Positions 12,771 to 24,320 of a stretch of DNA of 64,000 nucleotides are shown here, piece by piece. Below the pieces are notes generated by a model. It did not search any database and was not told the origin of the DNA. It saw only the letters and a program-made list of their open reading frames with translations. The stretch comes from Basidiobolus meristosporus CBS 931.73 (taxonomy: Eukaryota > Fungi > Basidiobolomycota): assembly GCA_002104905.1 (NCBI GenBank), contig MCFE01000368.1:1-64000 (forward strand), written 5' to 3'. Position 1 is the first letter of the stretch. The number at the start of each line of letters is the position of its first letter. Position numbers and translations under genes: made by a program.

Positions 12771-13109
12771 GAGAGAATTGTGTCTAGAGCATTATGAAGA
12801 GTAAATAAAGCAAGGAAAGCACAACTCTGAGCAACATAAGTAAAATTGAGTAAAATTACCAGTAACTATAATCTACCACTGGCATGATGGTAGAAGTTGT
12901 AGTGCCGGATAGTTCCAGATTGATTCAGCACCATAAACAGGCTGGCACTATGTGGCACTATCCAACAGAACAAGTCTTAAGTCATTGTTAAAAGTTATAC
13001 TAAGTTCATTTCACATTTGAGACAAAGCCCTAATAATAAACACCCTGCATATATATACATCATCTGTAACACCAGTGCAGCTCTTTGATCTGATTTTCAC
13101 CAACACAAC

Positions 13110-16100
13110 TAACCCTATGAAAATAACTTGGTCCTGTGGGTGGATTCAATCCAGATCAGCTGTCAGGATCTTGTTTAGAGACTGTCATAATACCAGTAGC
13201 TTGGAATTAGTGACTCTCCTAACAATCTTATCATGGGATCACCACAGTGTTTTGCTAATTTTACAACCAAATAAAGGATAAAACTTGAAAAGATTTAATT
13301 GGTGCTATGACAATATATGTATGGTATTATAGAGGTCTTTTGTGCTCTATAACTATTTTGAGTGGATCCAATTGGCCAGGACATCCAATTTCCTTATATG
13401 GAAAGAAACTTGATGGTATTGTGATGGCCTCACAGCAAGACTCTGATGGCATTATATTGGCAGTATGACAACATACAGCTGGTTCTGTACAATGCTACTG
13501 TACCAATTTACCAAATGGTATTTCCTTTTTTTACCTCCCCTTGTGCAATTCATATATTCCACTGTAGAATCACCCCTCTTTATTTGCGTACCCACTACTA
13601 CCTTGGGTATTCCTCATATAGTTCAAATAACAAAAAACTATGGCCTCCTGCTTACTAACCTCTACAAAAGTGCACACCAGCCACAATTGACATACATCTA
13701 TCACCTCAGCTTTATGGCCTTTTAGTGTGATACTTGCAAAGTTGCCATATACCTTGTACTGCTGGTAACATATACATCTTGTAAACATATGCTTGGTTGT
13801 TGCCACTTCTGCCATTAATACCTCCTGAATATCCGCAAAGAAGTTCTTGGTATTTAGCCAATATATTCCTTCTCCCTGCTGGATTCCAATCCCCCTTATA
13901 GGTGTGCTCTGGCTTTTGTCTGTGTGAGTTCCATATTGAATGGTGCAGAAGTTGGCTTGTGACCACAGGAAATCCGGCATACCTTGGTAGAGTTTTCCCA
14001 ATAAAAATTAGTTACTTGTTGCACTCAACCCAACTTTGCATTACTTAACTGATTATCCATGCATTGGGGCTGCTTAGCTTCTTAAAACCATAGGTATAGA
14101 TGTCCCCATGTGCACATTTGTCCTCAGTATCTTCCAACTCTTCCTGGCTGTCCTCCATGTGCTAACTATCACATCCATGATGGACTTGAAGGTAATATTC
14201 TTGATGAGATTGGGATATGATAGTACCTACAACTTGACTCCCCTTCCTATCTCCCCACACATCTGCTCCATAGGAAACTCCCAAAAGGTGATGCAACGCT
14301 CAATATTCCCCACACACCATACAAGATGAAGTAGAGAATGGATATAGTAGTGGCAGAGATCTACCCATTCAGCTTTATGTCTGTAGCTTGGCTGCTCAAA
14401 TCCTGTCAAGAACTCTTTACACAAAAGCTGTAGATGTGTCAAGTTGGCTTTGGTAATCCACATCTGGATCAATATTCCTACAATGTCCACATATAACTCC
14501 CAATGCTTCCTATGTACTCTTGGTAGGAGTGGCTTCAGAATGTCACTTGAATAAGTAAATATCCAGCTCATCCAGTCTTTGCACTTGTATTGTTGCATAT
14601 ACATATGAATGTTAATTGGAGCCTGTGAGAAGTACTTAAGGTAGTAGATACTCTGTAATATCTTGCTAATTCTTTAAATCTCTGGTATCTCAAAGGGCTC
14701 ATTTAGCCTGAAATGCCCCATGTGCAAGTTGGTCACCAGTATAAGGATATTATTGAAAAGCAAATGCATTGCTCCCAGTGGGAAGCTTTTGCTCCAACAG
14801 ATACCCTCTATCTTAAGTATCTCCAGTTCCCAATTGATTCCATATTCTGGCCAATGGCTTATAGCTTGCCAACTTTCCTGCAATTGTATGCTGACTTCTG
14901 TATGTTCTCTCTGCGGAAAGATGATGTTCTTAGTGCTGATGTTTGGGTAATAATAATGCGTGTGAATTATGGAGTAAATCCCCTGGATCTCACACATTCA
15001 ACAGCAATGCCATCCATTGTGCCCAGAAAAGCCTGCTATCTTGCTGATGGTTGGGTTATCTCCAATGCAGATAATAATATGCACTTTTACATGATGGCCA
15101 TTGACTGTTATCCTGCTGGGAAGCATACATAATTCATCCAGCAATGGATCAGGTAGCTATTCAGGTTGGATGGTGATTTAGGCCCAAATATCAATGAGAC
15201 TACTGTCAGATTATTACTCTGATACTGTAAGATGGGCAGCAGATTCAGATTGATGAGAGTCAGTGACCAGCAGGATGTGCTGGTAGAGTACTTGTTTAAT
15301 GAGAATCCATCAAGTGCTAAAGCAAAAACATGGTGATACATACCTTCAAAGTAGCCCTTGCTTCTTAGCGGTGTGGTGGTGTATAGGTCCAAGGGAGAGA
15401 TACGTCCAACACTTCTCAAGTGTTTTGTGTGTGGGGTGTTCACTGGGTGCGATAACCTCTGGCAAAAGCTTGCTAGGAATACTTGGGTTCTGTCTCTAAT
15501 CTAATGTGAAGGGGAATAAAGCCACAAGCTTGTCAAGGGAAAACTATTGAGCTACAATCCCCAACTTAGTTGGCGTCTTAACAAAAGTATGTGCTGGGTT
15601 CAGCGTCCTTTGAGATGACAATGTACTAAAGCTTCCAAAGTCAAAACAACTGTAAACTCCACCAGCAGGGACTTGATAAGAATGCAGCTGTGGTCAATAG
15701 TTACAAAGACAGAAAAGTATCTTTGCCTGTACAAGAACAAACTTGGGAAAGAATCAAATATAATAAAAGATACCTACTCTGAGTATTCCTCACAAGTAGT
15801 GCCTCCAAGGTCAGTTGGCTGTCAGCGCGGTTTCCTGGGAGTGTCCTGTGGTCTATGGTTGGAAGTTCAGGTAGCAGCAGGTAGCAGTGATCACACTAAT
15901 CAACAAGTCGGTATATTGATAAAAGGGATGATGATTTATTGTTGAGGGATAGCCCCCCTTATATACTTTTCTTACTGGCTAAGTGATTACTAATCATGGT
16001 GTTCCAGAAGGTTCCGGATATCAATAGAAATCTTAATGACATCAGAATGACCTAAGAATGTTCTAAGTAGGTGCCGGAAGGTTCTAAGAGGCACAGCACA

Positions 16101-17359
16101 TCCAACCAATCAGGAATCAGTATTCTGAAACCTGTATAACATGGGGATACCATATATGGTATGGAAATGGTAGGGATGGTGACACGGGCTGATCACATGT
16201 CATGGGTACTGGCACGGGTACTTGCCTAATATAGATGTACTTATAGCTAGTAATCTTACATAAAGTGAGGGGTAACTTATGCAATAAGGTAAGCAGGTGT
16301 GATAGTCAACCAGCTTATGGGATAGTACTGATTGGGTAAGACAAATGGGATAAAACTAAAATAAGTGTAGTAGAGATATAGGGAAGTAGAAAATAAGGGA
16401 ATGAGCACATCTGTCAGTGGGTGTCACTGTCACCCCACTACAATGGTGCTGGAAGTCATATCAGAGGCTTGGGATTCTGACCATTAAATATAGCAGATAT
16501 GTTTGCACTTGATTGATACTGAATGCGGTACTGTATAGCTTTGCAATATTTATCAGACTGCATCAGCTTCCTCAAACAGGGTATGACTGGAATATATCCG
16601 GAGTGTGAACAATGTGTTCCCTTAATGGCGGTGGATTCCTGACAATTTGGACATGTTGCAATGGTAGAATTTCTGGATGTGAATGCCATGTAACTGTTAG
16701 CTCATGCTGGAATCAAGACAGTCTCTGGATCATATATTGCCAGGTGAATGAAAGTTGTCCACTTGTACCATGTACATGATAAGTTGCATCCTGGTATGAT
16801 TTTGGCAAGAAGAAGTAATAAATCTTCAGAGCCCCCATTACTGATATTAGTGGAAACACGCCACTTCTCTAGCAACAACAATACATCATTCACCAGTAGA
16901 TCAATTACTGAACTCACCTGGCTCCATAAAGTATCCTTGGCATTTGTTTCAACAGGTGTTGTCTCATTGGATATAGGGATATGACCTGGTACTGTTGTTA
17001 AGAGGGATAGGCTCAAAATCCATCAGTGAACCTTCTTTGTCAGAGCTATCACTCTGCATGCCGTATTCAGAAGGCTGAAGTGAGCCTAAAGGCATCACAA
17101 ACTCCCCTGACTCAGTTTGTTCAAGGTGACAAAGAGGGCCAGGTGCAAATACAGAAGTATCAACTGGCTAGCAAGATAATGTTGGTACATTAGTGACCAG
17201 TGAGTGGTTAAATATGACTTGGGTGTCAAAATACTGGCCATGATCCTTGTTATACTTCCTATGCTATCTGCATGCTTCATAGCCAAGGGGCTTGCCACAA
17301 TAGCCACATGGTCTTTTTTGTCTTCTCCCATGGTGTTGAGTCAAAGCAGTTGTGTCCAT
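13110..17359 (-). pseudogene. tnp2-family (Transposase_21-like) transposase, interrupted at 15372-16442
   Basis: N-terminal CGYC zinc-finger-like motif, then CPNC..YIPVIPCLRKL, FALALDGF..LINLNL..GPKSPSNL, GAMHLLFNNI, DWMSWIFTYS..HWELYV, HSLLHL..WEFPMEQMCGEI. Many TGA stops. Confidence 0.88.
15372..16442 (-). mobile_element. Family B element, 1071 bp; flanks GCGG / ATGG
   Basis: Reverse complement of the 9827-10907 family, inserted in tnp2. Confidence 0.9.
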
Positions 17360-17579
17360 GGGGCAAACGGTTTGACCTTCAACAACATAACTCTATTGTA
17401 TCACTTTTTGGTCAATACTCCTGTGAACTTAAGACAGTCTTGTATTTGAGACATTGCACCTACATGAATATAAGATTCAATGATGACCCACCATAGTAGG
17501 CATTATAAATGAAGCTGTGGCACCACACACACATGCATAGGTAACACTATTTCCCCTTTAGTTTGACTCACTTCCATAT

Positions 17580-20500
17580 ATATGTTGCCAAAAAATAAAG
17601 CAAAGTTGTCTGGTTCCCAACTAAACTCCACCACCAACAGCAACAGAAGAGCAGTTGGACAACAGCTTGCTTTGACATTAAGTGCAATAAGTGGGGCTAC
17701 ATCCAAAAAAGGTTCTGTGGACAGTGTGCCCATTGAAGGTACTAATGCAGACTCCTCAGGCTCTCAGTCAAGTAGGCAATTGAGAACCTCTGCAGAGCCA
17801 CAAGCTGACCCTTTTGCTCAGGCAGATGAGAATGTAGCAAATGCAGTACCCTCAGTCAAAGACCAGCAAGTGGCCATGACAACATCACCACCACCTATAT
17901 TAGCAAGTATTTTGTCAGCTCATATCAAAGCACCAATGAAGCAATTAGGTGCAGTGCCATGGCTAAAAGCCAGCAGCTTCCTTAAGAGCCTGTTACAAAC
18001 AGGGCCAAAAGCTCCAGACAAGCACCAAAGAGATGTCAGGTAGCTGGAAGAGTGCCAATTAGGGACAAGCAAGCAGATGGAGATGCACCAGTACAACATT
18101 TATCAAGGAAAAAGCATAGAACTACTCCAAAGGCAACCAGTCAAAGAAGCAGTGAAGGACCTGGCAGTGATAAGAACCAGCCACTTTACAGGAGCCTGTC
18201 ACAACCACAGCTGAGAGCTCAAAACAAGCTGAAAAGAAATGTCAGGTTGGCAGAAGAGTGCCAGCAAGGGACAAGCAGGCCAAAGCAGATGTGTCATAGC
18301 AGAATTTATTGAGGAGAAAATGTAGTTCTTTAAAACAGGCACTAAGACAAAGTAGCAGTGAAAGACCTGGCAGTGATAAAGGAAATGGTAAAGGGAAAAA
18401 TGTCTACCCAAGCCTGAGACAGGGAGGCATACAAAAAAGACTGTAGTACTTGCCAATTAAAGCTGCAAGTCTATGACAGACTGAATCCCATCATAGCCAA
18501 GAAACATTACCAACAAGAAAACAGCTGTTTTCACAAGAGTTGGAAGTGCAGCCAGTTGTGCTACACTCCAGCAAGGTAGATGGGTTTGCTGAAAAAGGCA
18601 ATTTGTCTACCACACCCTCCACATCCTCCAATCTTAACAGAGACAAAATCCTACTGATAGATAAGGCTACAGCATCAAGAGCTCAAAAGACTGCCATAAT
18701 GCCTTCAGGGAAATTTTGGAACATTGATAGGCACACCAAGAAGTTGCAGCACTTCTTCAAGAGCAGTGCTCAAGAAAATGCACTGGAATATTGCAAGGAT
18801 TAGTTGCAAAGACTGGCAGATGAGGTGCTAGACCTTGAAGTGCTGGCTGAAGACCAGGACATGTGGGAACCAGTGAATGAGCAGTGGCATAAAGCCATAG
18901 GGTTCCTGCCAAAGTCATGGAAACAGAGCAATACAGCAAAAATACTTATTGAGTGGTGGATCTTAATGGAGTTACTTGTTGAATGTGAGGCTGGGCTTAA
19001 TGTTAGTGTGGGGTATAGGGACTTGTATATGTCAATACAATTGGCAATTGAGGTACAACTGAAGTTTCAACAGAATTAAATCAATTTGTACCCATGAAAA
19101 GTAAGAGAAACAGTTGAGTCAGGAAGTAAGGGGGGTGAAAAAGAGGCAATAGCCAATCAATGCACACAAACAGAGGAGTTGATAGGGTGTCTAGGATCAG
19201 AAATGGAGCATATTGGCAGGGAACTAATCATGAGCCACTTATACATTGTTGTGATGAAAAATTTTGACTAAGTTTTTTGTGAAATCTGGGGTGCAATTAT
19301 TTTCCACAGTTTGGTGGTGTAGAAGTCCAAGGGAGAGATATGTCCAACACTTCTCAAGCGTTTTGTGTCTGGGGTGTTTACTGGGCACAATAACCTCTGG
19401 CAAAAGCTTGCTAAGAGTACTTGGGTTCTGTCTCTAATCTAATGTGATGGGGAACAAAGCCACAAGCCTTTCAAGGGAAAACTATTGAGCTACAATCCCC
19501 AGCTTAGTTGGCATTGTAACAAAAGTATGTGCTGGGTTCAGTGTCCTTTGAGTTGACAATATACTAAAGCTTCCAAAGTCAACCCAACTGTAAACTCTAC
19601 CAGCAGGGACTTGGTAAGAATGTAGCTGTGGTTAACAGTTACAACATCAGAAAAGTATCTTTGCCTGTACAAGAACAAACTTTGGAAAGAATGAAATCTA
19701 ATAAAAGATACATACTCTGAGTATTCCTCACAAGAAGTGCCTCCAAGGTCAGTTGGCTGGCAGCGCAGTTTCCTGGGAGTGTCCTGTGATCTGGGGTTGG
19801 AAGTTCAGGTGGCAGCAGGTAGTAATGATCACACTAATCAACAAGTTGTATACTGATAAAAGGAATGATGATTTTTTTTTGATGGATTGCCTCACTTATA
19901 TACCTTTCTCACTGGTTAAGTGATTACTAAACGTAGTGTTCCAGAAGGTTCCAGTGATCCATAGAAATCTTAATGACATCAGAATGAGCTAAGAGTATTC
20001 TAAGTAGGTGCTAGAAGGTTCTAAGAGGCACAGCACATCCAACCAATCAGGAATCAGTGTTCTGAAACCGGTGTAAGATAGGGATACCATATATGGTATA
20101 GAAATGTTAGCAATGATGACATAGGCTGATCATATGTGACAGGTACTGGCATGGGTACTTGGCTAATTTAGAAGTGCTTACAGCTAGATGTCTTTCATAA
20201 AGCAAGGGATAACTTATGCAATAAGGTAAGCAGGTGTGGGTGTCAACTGTCTTATGAGACAGTACTAATCATGTAAGACATATGGGATAGAACTAAATAA
20301 GTGTAGTAGGGAAATAGGGAAGTAGAAAACTCGGGAATAAGCACATCTATCAGTGGGTGTCACTGTGACCCCACTACAACAGTCTCTGGATGGTGTCCAG
20401 ATGGGATCATTGCCTCTTAGTCACTGGACTTTAACTTTGTGATGGCCTTTTGATGGGATCAACTCAATAATTCTTCAGAGGGATTTGGTTGGGTACTTGC

Positions 20501-20940
20501 TATGGCACTTTGTCCAATCACAAATATTGGGGAATTACTTGCTCAATGGGCAAAATGGGATATTTAATGGCAAATTAGGTAGCCTGTGGACTGGTCAATG
20601 TATCAACTGGGGGCTTAGAGCTTCAGAATACTTTTAGACAAATCTACCATTTGCGTACCATCCAATTGGAGTGATGCTAATCAAAATGGTAAGAATCAGT
20701 GTAGTTTATAGTATGATACGCTTTTATTTCCACTTACATTAAAGAAACAAATCCAAGTGCAGGATTCTACCTACCTCAATAATTGTATCCAATTGCGCAC
20801 ATGATGCAAACATCATAAGTTGGTGCAACTGTCTGTGCCAACCTAGTCATGTCAGATTGTGCCATAATGTGTGAGATCCTCCCACATCATGCAAAATTGT
20901 CTGAGAGCAATCCTGCCTTCTGGTGGCTACAATACCACAC
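17580..20940 (+). pseudogene. Accessory (TnpA-position) gene of the CACTA-like element, unknown fold, spliced, interrupted at 19310-20378
   Basis: Low-complexity N-terminus, then a block conserved between copies (FWNI..RLADEVLDL.VLAE..WEPVNEQWHKAIGFLPKSW..LIEWW). GT-AG intron at ~20688-20762, also present in the inverted copy at ~8155-8232. Homologues at 51450-52200, 54560-56000 and 60770-63130. Confidence 0.7.
19310..20378 (-). mobile_element. Family B element, 1069 bp, TSD ACAG
   Basis: ACAG at 19306-19309 and 20379-20382. The homologous empty site is at ~63047 (AAACAGTCTCC). Confidence 0.9.
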
Positions 20941-20949
20941 CCAATTATT

Positions 20950-23900
20950 CCTTGCAACTGCAGATTACTTCATATGCCCTGGCACAGTATGATGGAAAAA
21001 GTCTAATACCCTGGATACTACATATTTGGCAGCAAAACTGTCCTTTATGTCTAGAAAAGCTGGCTATCTTTCTGATGACTTAAATATCTCCAATGCAGAT
21101 AATAATATTTTTCCATATATATGCTTTTCCATGACAGCCACTTACTGTAAACCTACTGGCAAAGCATACAGAAAGCATCCAGCAATGGATACAGGTAGCC
21201 ATCCAGGTTGAATGGTGATTAGGTCCAGATAAAAGTGAAACTACCATCAAATTTCTGTTCTGTTACTGTAAGATAGGTGGTGCATTCAGGTTGATGAGAA
21301 TCAGTGGCCAGCAGGATTTGCTGGTACAGTCCTTGTATAATGAGAATCCATCAAGTGCAAAGGCAAAGGCATAGCCATACATACCTTAGCTACAAACTAC
21401 AGAATGCAGCCAAATCTGCAGATAATTTTTCTAGTATAAATGTCCATACAGTACAACTCTTACTGTTGGGCAAGGCTTAAGCTACCCCCTGAAAAGTATA
21501 TTTGTCCCACAGGTGGATCCAATCCAAATCAGCTATCAAGATCCTGTCAGGAGACTGCAATCATATCAGCAGCTTGTAATTAATTACCATCTACACAATA
21601 TTGTGGCAGGATCACAATGGCATTAGGCTAATTTTACAGCCAAATAAACTTAAAAACATATCAGTATTTGTACAGTATTTTGCCAATGGTGGCATGGCAT
21701 TGTTGCAGTCTTAGTGTGCTCTACAGCTACTTGAGTGGATCTAACCGGCCAACATATCCAATTGCTTTATATGGAAAAACTTGACAGCAATTTGATGGCC
21801 TCATTGCATGCCTCTCATGGAATTATCACAGCAGTATGGCAGCCTACAGCTAGTTCTGTAAAATGCTACTGTACCAGTTTACCAAATGGTATTTCCTTTT
21901 TCTATCTCCCCTTATGCATTTAATATCTTCCACTGTAGAATAACCCCTCTTTATATAATTACCCACTACTGCCTTGGGTATTCCACATATAGTTTGAATC
22001 AAAAAATACTATGGTCTCCTGCTTACTAACATCTATAAACGTACACACCTACCACATTTGACATAATTCTATCACTGCAAGCTGACAGCTTGTTAGTGTG
22101 ATACTTGCAGTATTGCCATGTACCTTTTATTAGTGGTAACATATATATCTTGCAAACATATGCTTGTTGCTGTCACTTGTGCCATGAATACCTCCTGTAT
22201 ATCTGCAAAGAGCTCTGTGATACTTGGCCACTATTTCCCTTCTCCCTGATGGTTTCCAGTCCCCCTGATAGATGCACTCTGGCTCTTGTTTATGTGAAAT
22301 CCATATTGAATGGTGTAGAAGTTGGCTTGTGACCAAGCAAAATCCAGCCTATCTTGGTAATGTTTTCCTAATAAATATGAATTGAATGCTGCACCCAACC
22401 CAACTTTGTATTACTCTACTGATTTTCCCCACATTGGGGCTACCTAGTTTCTTAATGCCATAGGCATAGGTGTCTCCTTGTGCACATCTGTCCTCAGTAT
22501 TTTCCAACTCTTCCTGGCTGTCCTCCATGTATCAACACATCACATCCATGACAGACTTGAAGGTAATATTCTTCATGAGATTGGGATACGGTAGTACCTG
22601 CAACTTGTCTTGTGTTCCTATCTTCCCACACATCCACACCATGGGATACTCTCAAAAGATGAAGTAAGGTCTAATATTCTCAACACACCAAGGAAGATGG
22701 AGTAGCAAATGGATACAGTACTGGCAGAGATCTACATGTTCAGCTTTAGGCTAGTAGCTTGGCTGCTCAAATCCTGTCAAAAGCTCATTACACAAAAGCT
22801 GTAGATGCATCAAGTTAGCATTGGTGATCCACTTCTGGATGAATATTCCCAAAATGTCCACATAAAACTCCCAATGCTTCCAATGCACTCTTGATGGCAA
22901 TGGCTTCAGAAGTCCACTGGGTTAAATACATATCCAGCTAATCCAGTCCTTTCACTTGCATTATTGCATATGCATATGAATGCTGATTGGAGCTCATGAG
23001 AATCACTTATGGTAGGGAATACTCTGTAGTATCTTGTCAAGTCTTTCAAATGTCTCTGGTTTCTCAAAGGGCTGATTTAGCTTGATATTCCCCATGTACA
23101 ACTTGGTCATCAGTAGATGGATATTGTTAGAAAGCAAATGCATTGCTTACAGTGGAAAGGTTTTGCTCTGACCAATACCCTCTATCTCAAGTATCTCTGG
23201 TTTCCAATTAACTCCATGTTCTGGCAAGCAGCTTATTGCTTGCCAACTTTGCTGAAATTGCATGCTGACTTATGTACATTTTCTCTGCAGAAAGATGATA
23301 TTTTTAGTGTTGGTGCTTGGGTAATAATAATGTGTGTGAGTTATGAAGCAAGTCCCCTGGGTCTCACACATTTGACATCAATACTATCTATTGTGCCCAG
23401 AAAAGCTGGCTATGTTCCTGATGGCTGGGGTATCTCCAATGCAGATAATAATATGCACTTTTCCATGACAGCCATTTACTGTAATCCCACTGGAAAGCCT
23501 ACAAAACTCTTCCAGTTATGGATACAGGTATCTATCCAGGTTGGAGCATGATTGAGGCTCAGATACTATTGAGACTACCATCAGATTTCTGCTCTGGTGG
23601 TGTATGATAGGCAGCAGATTTGGGCTGATGAGAATCAATGACCAGCAGTATTTGCTGGTAGTGTACTTGTTTAATGAGAATACATCAAGTGCCAAGGCAA
23701 AGGCATGGTCATACATACTTTCAAGGTAGCCCTTGCTTCTTAGCTATTTGTAGTGTTTGCCATTGATTAAATCTGAAATGTTTGCACACTATCAATACCA
23801 AGTGCAGTACTCTATAGCTTAACAGTATTTGTTGGACTACCTGAGCTTCTTTAGATGGAGTATTACTGGAAAATATCTGGAGTGTGAACAGTGTTTTTCC

Positions 23901-24320
23901 CCAATGGTGGTGGATATCTGAAAAGTTGCACACCTTGCAATGGGGGCATTTTCTGATGTGAATGCCATGCAACTGTTAGCAGATGCTGGTTTCAGGATGG
24001 TCTCTGGGTCCTATCTTGCTAGCCAAATGGTAGTTTTCCGTTTATACCATGTATATGGTAAGTTGCATCCCTGGATGATTTTAGCAAGATGTAGTAGTAA
24101 ATCCCCACAGCCCCCATTGCTGATACTAATGGAAATCTGCCACATCTCTAGTCACAACATCATATTATTCACCAGTAGATGGATTACTGGGCTTGCTTGA
24201 CTCCATATTGTATCCTTGGCATTTTTTCCACTGGTATTGCCTCATTGCATTATGGCTTTTTTCTGGGCTCATGCAATGTACTGTTGTTAGGGAAGATAGC
24301 CTCAAAATCCATCCATGAGC
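20950..24320 (-). mobile_element. CACTA/tnp2-like copy 2 (rearranged tnp2 pseudogene pieces)
   Basis: Homology to 13120-17030, e.g. MYDHAFALALDVFSLNKY at 23516-23716. Confidence 0.85.

Larger units (their letters stand above)
9608..12977 (+). mobile_element. PIF/Harbinger-ISL2-like DDE transposon with two divergent ORFs; left end lost, right TIR ..ACAAGTCT at 12977
   Basis: Transposase on +, second ORF on -. Subterminal GTGCC/GGCAC repeats lie at 12900-12960. The terminus matches 63533 and the MITE at 24679. Confidence 0.75.
13012..20950. mobile_element. CACTA/CMC (tnp2)-like element, copy 1, the most complete; carries two family B insertions
   Basis: CAC-starting left terminus candidate (CACATTTGAGAC), tnp2 on -, accessory gene on +. 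The right end was not identified. Confidence 0.8.

Noticed and set aside
15673-15945. Matching 90-aa ORFs in family B copies (also 58427-58699)
   Set aside because: They have TTG starts, are antisense to the TATA/polyA orientation, and are broken in other copies; sequence similarity alone explains them.
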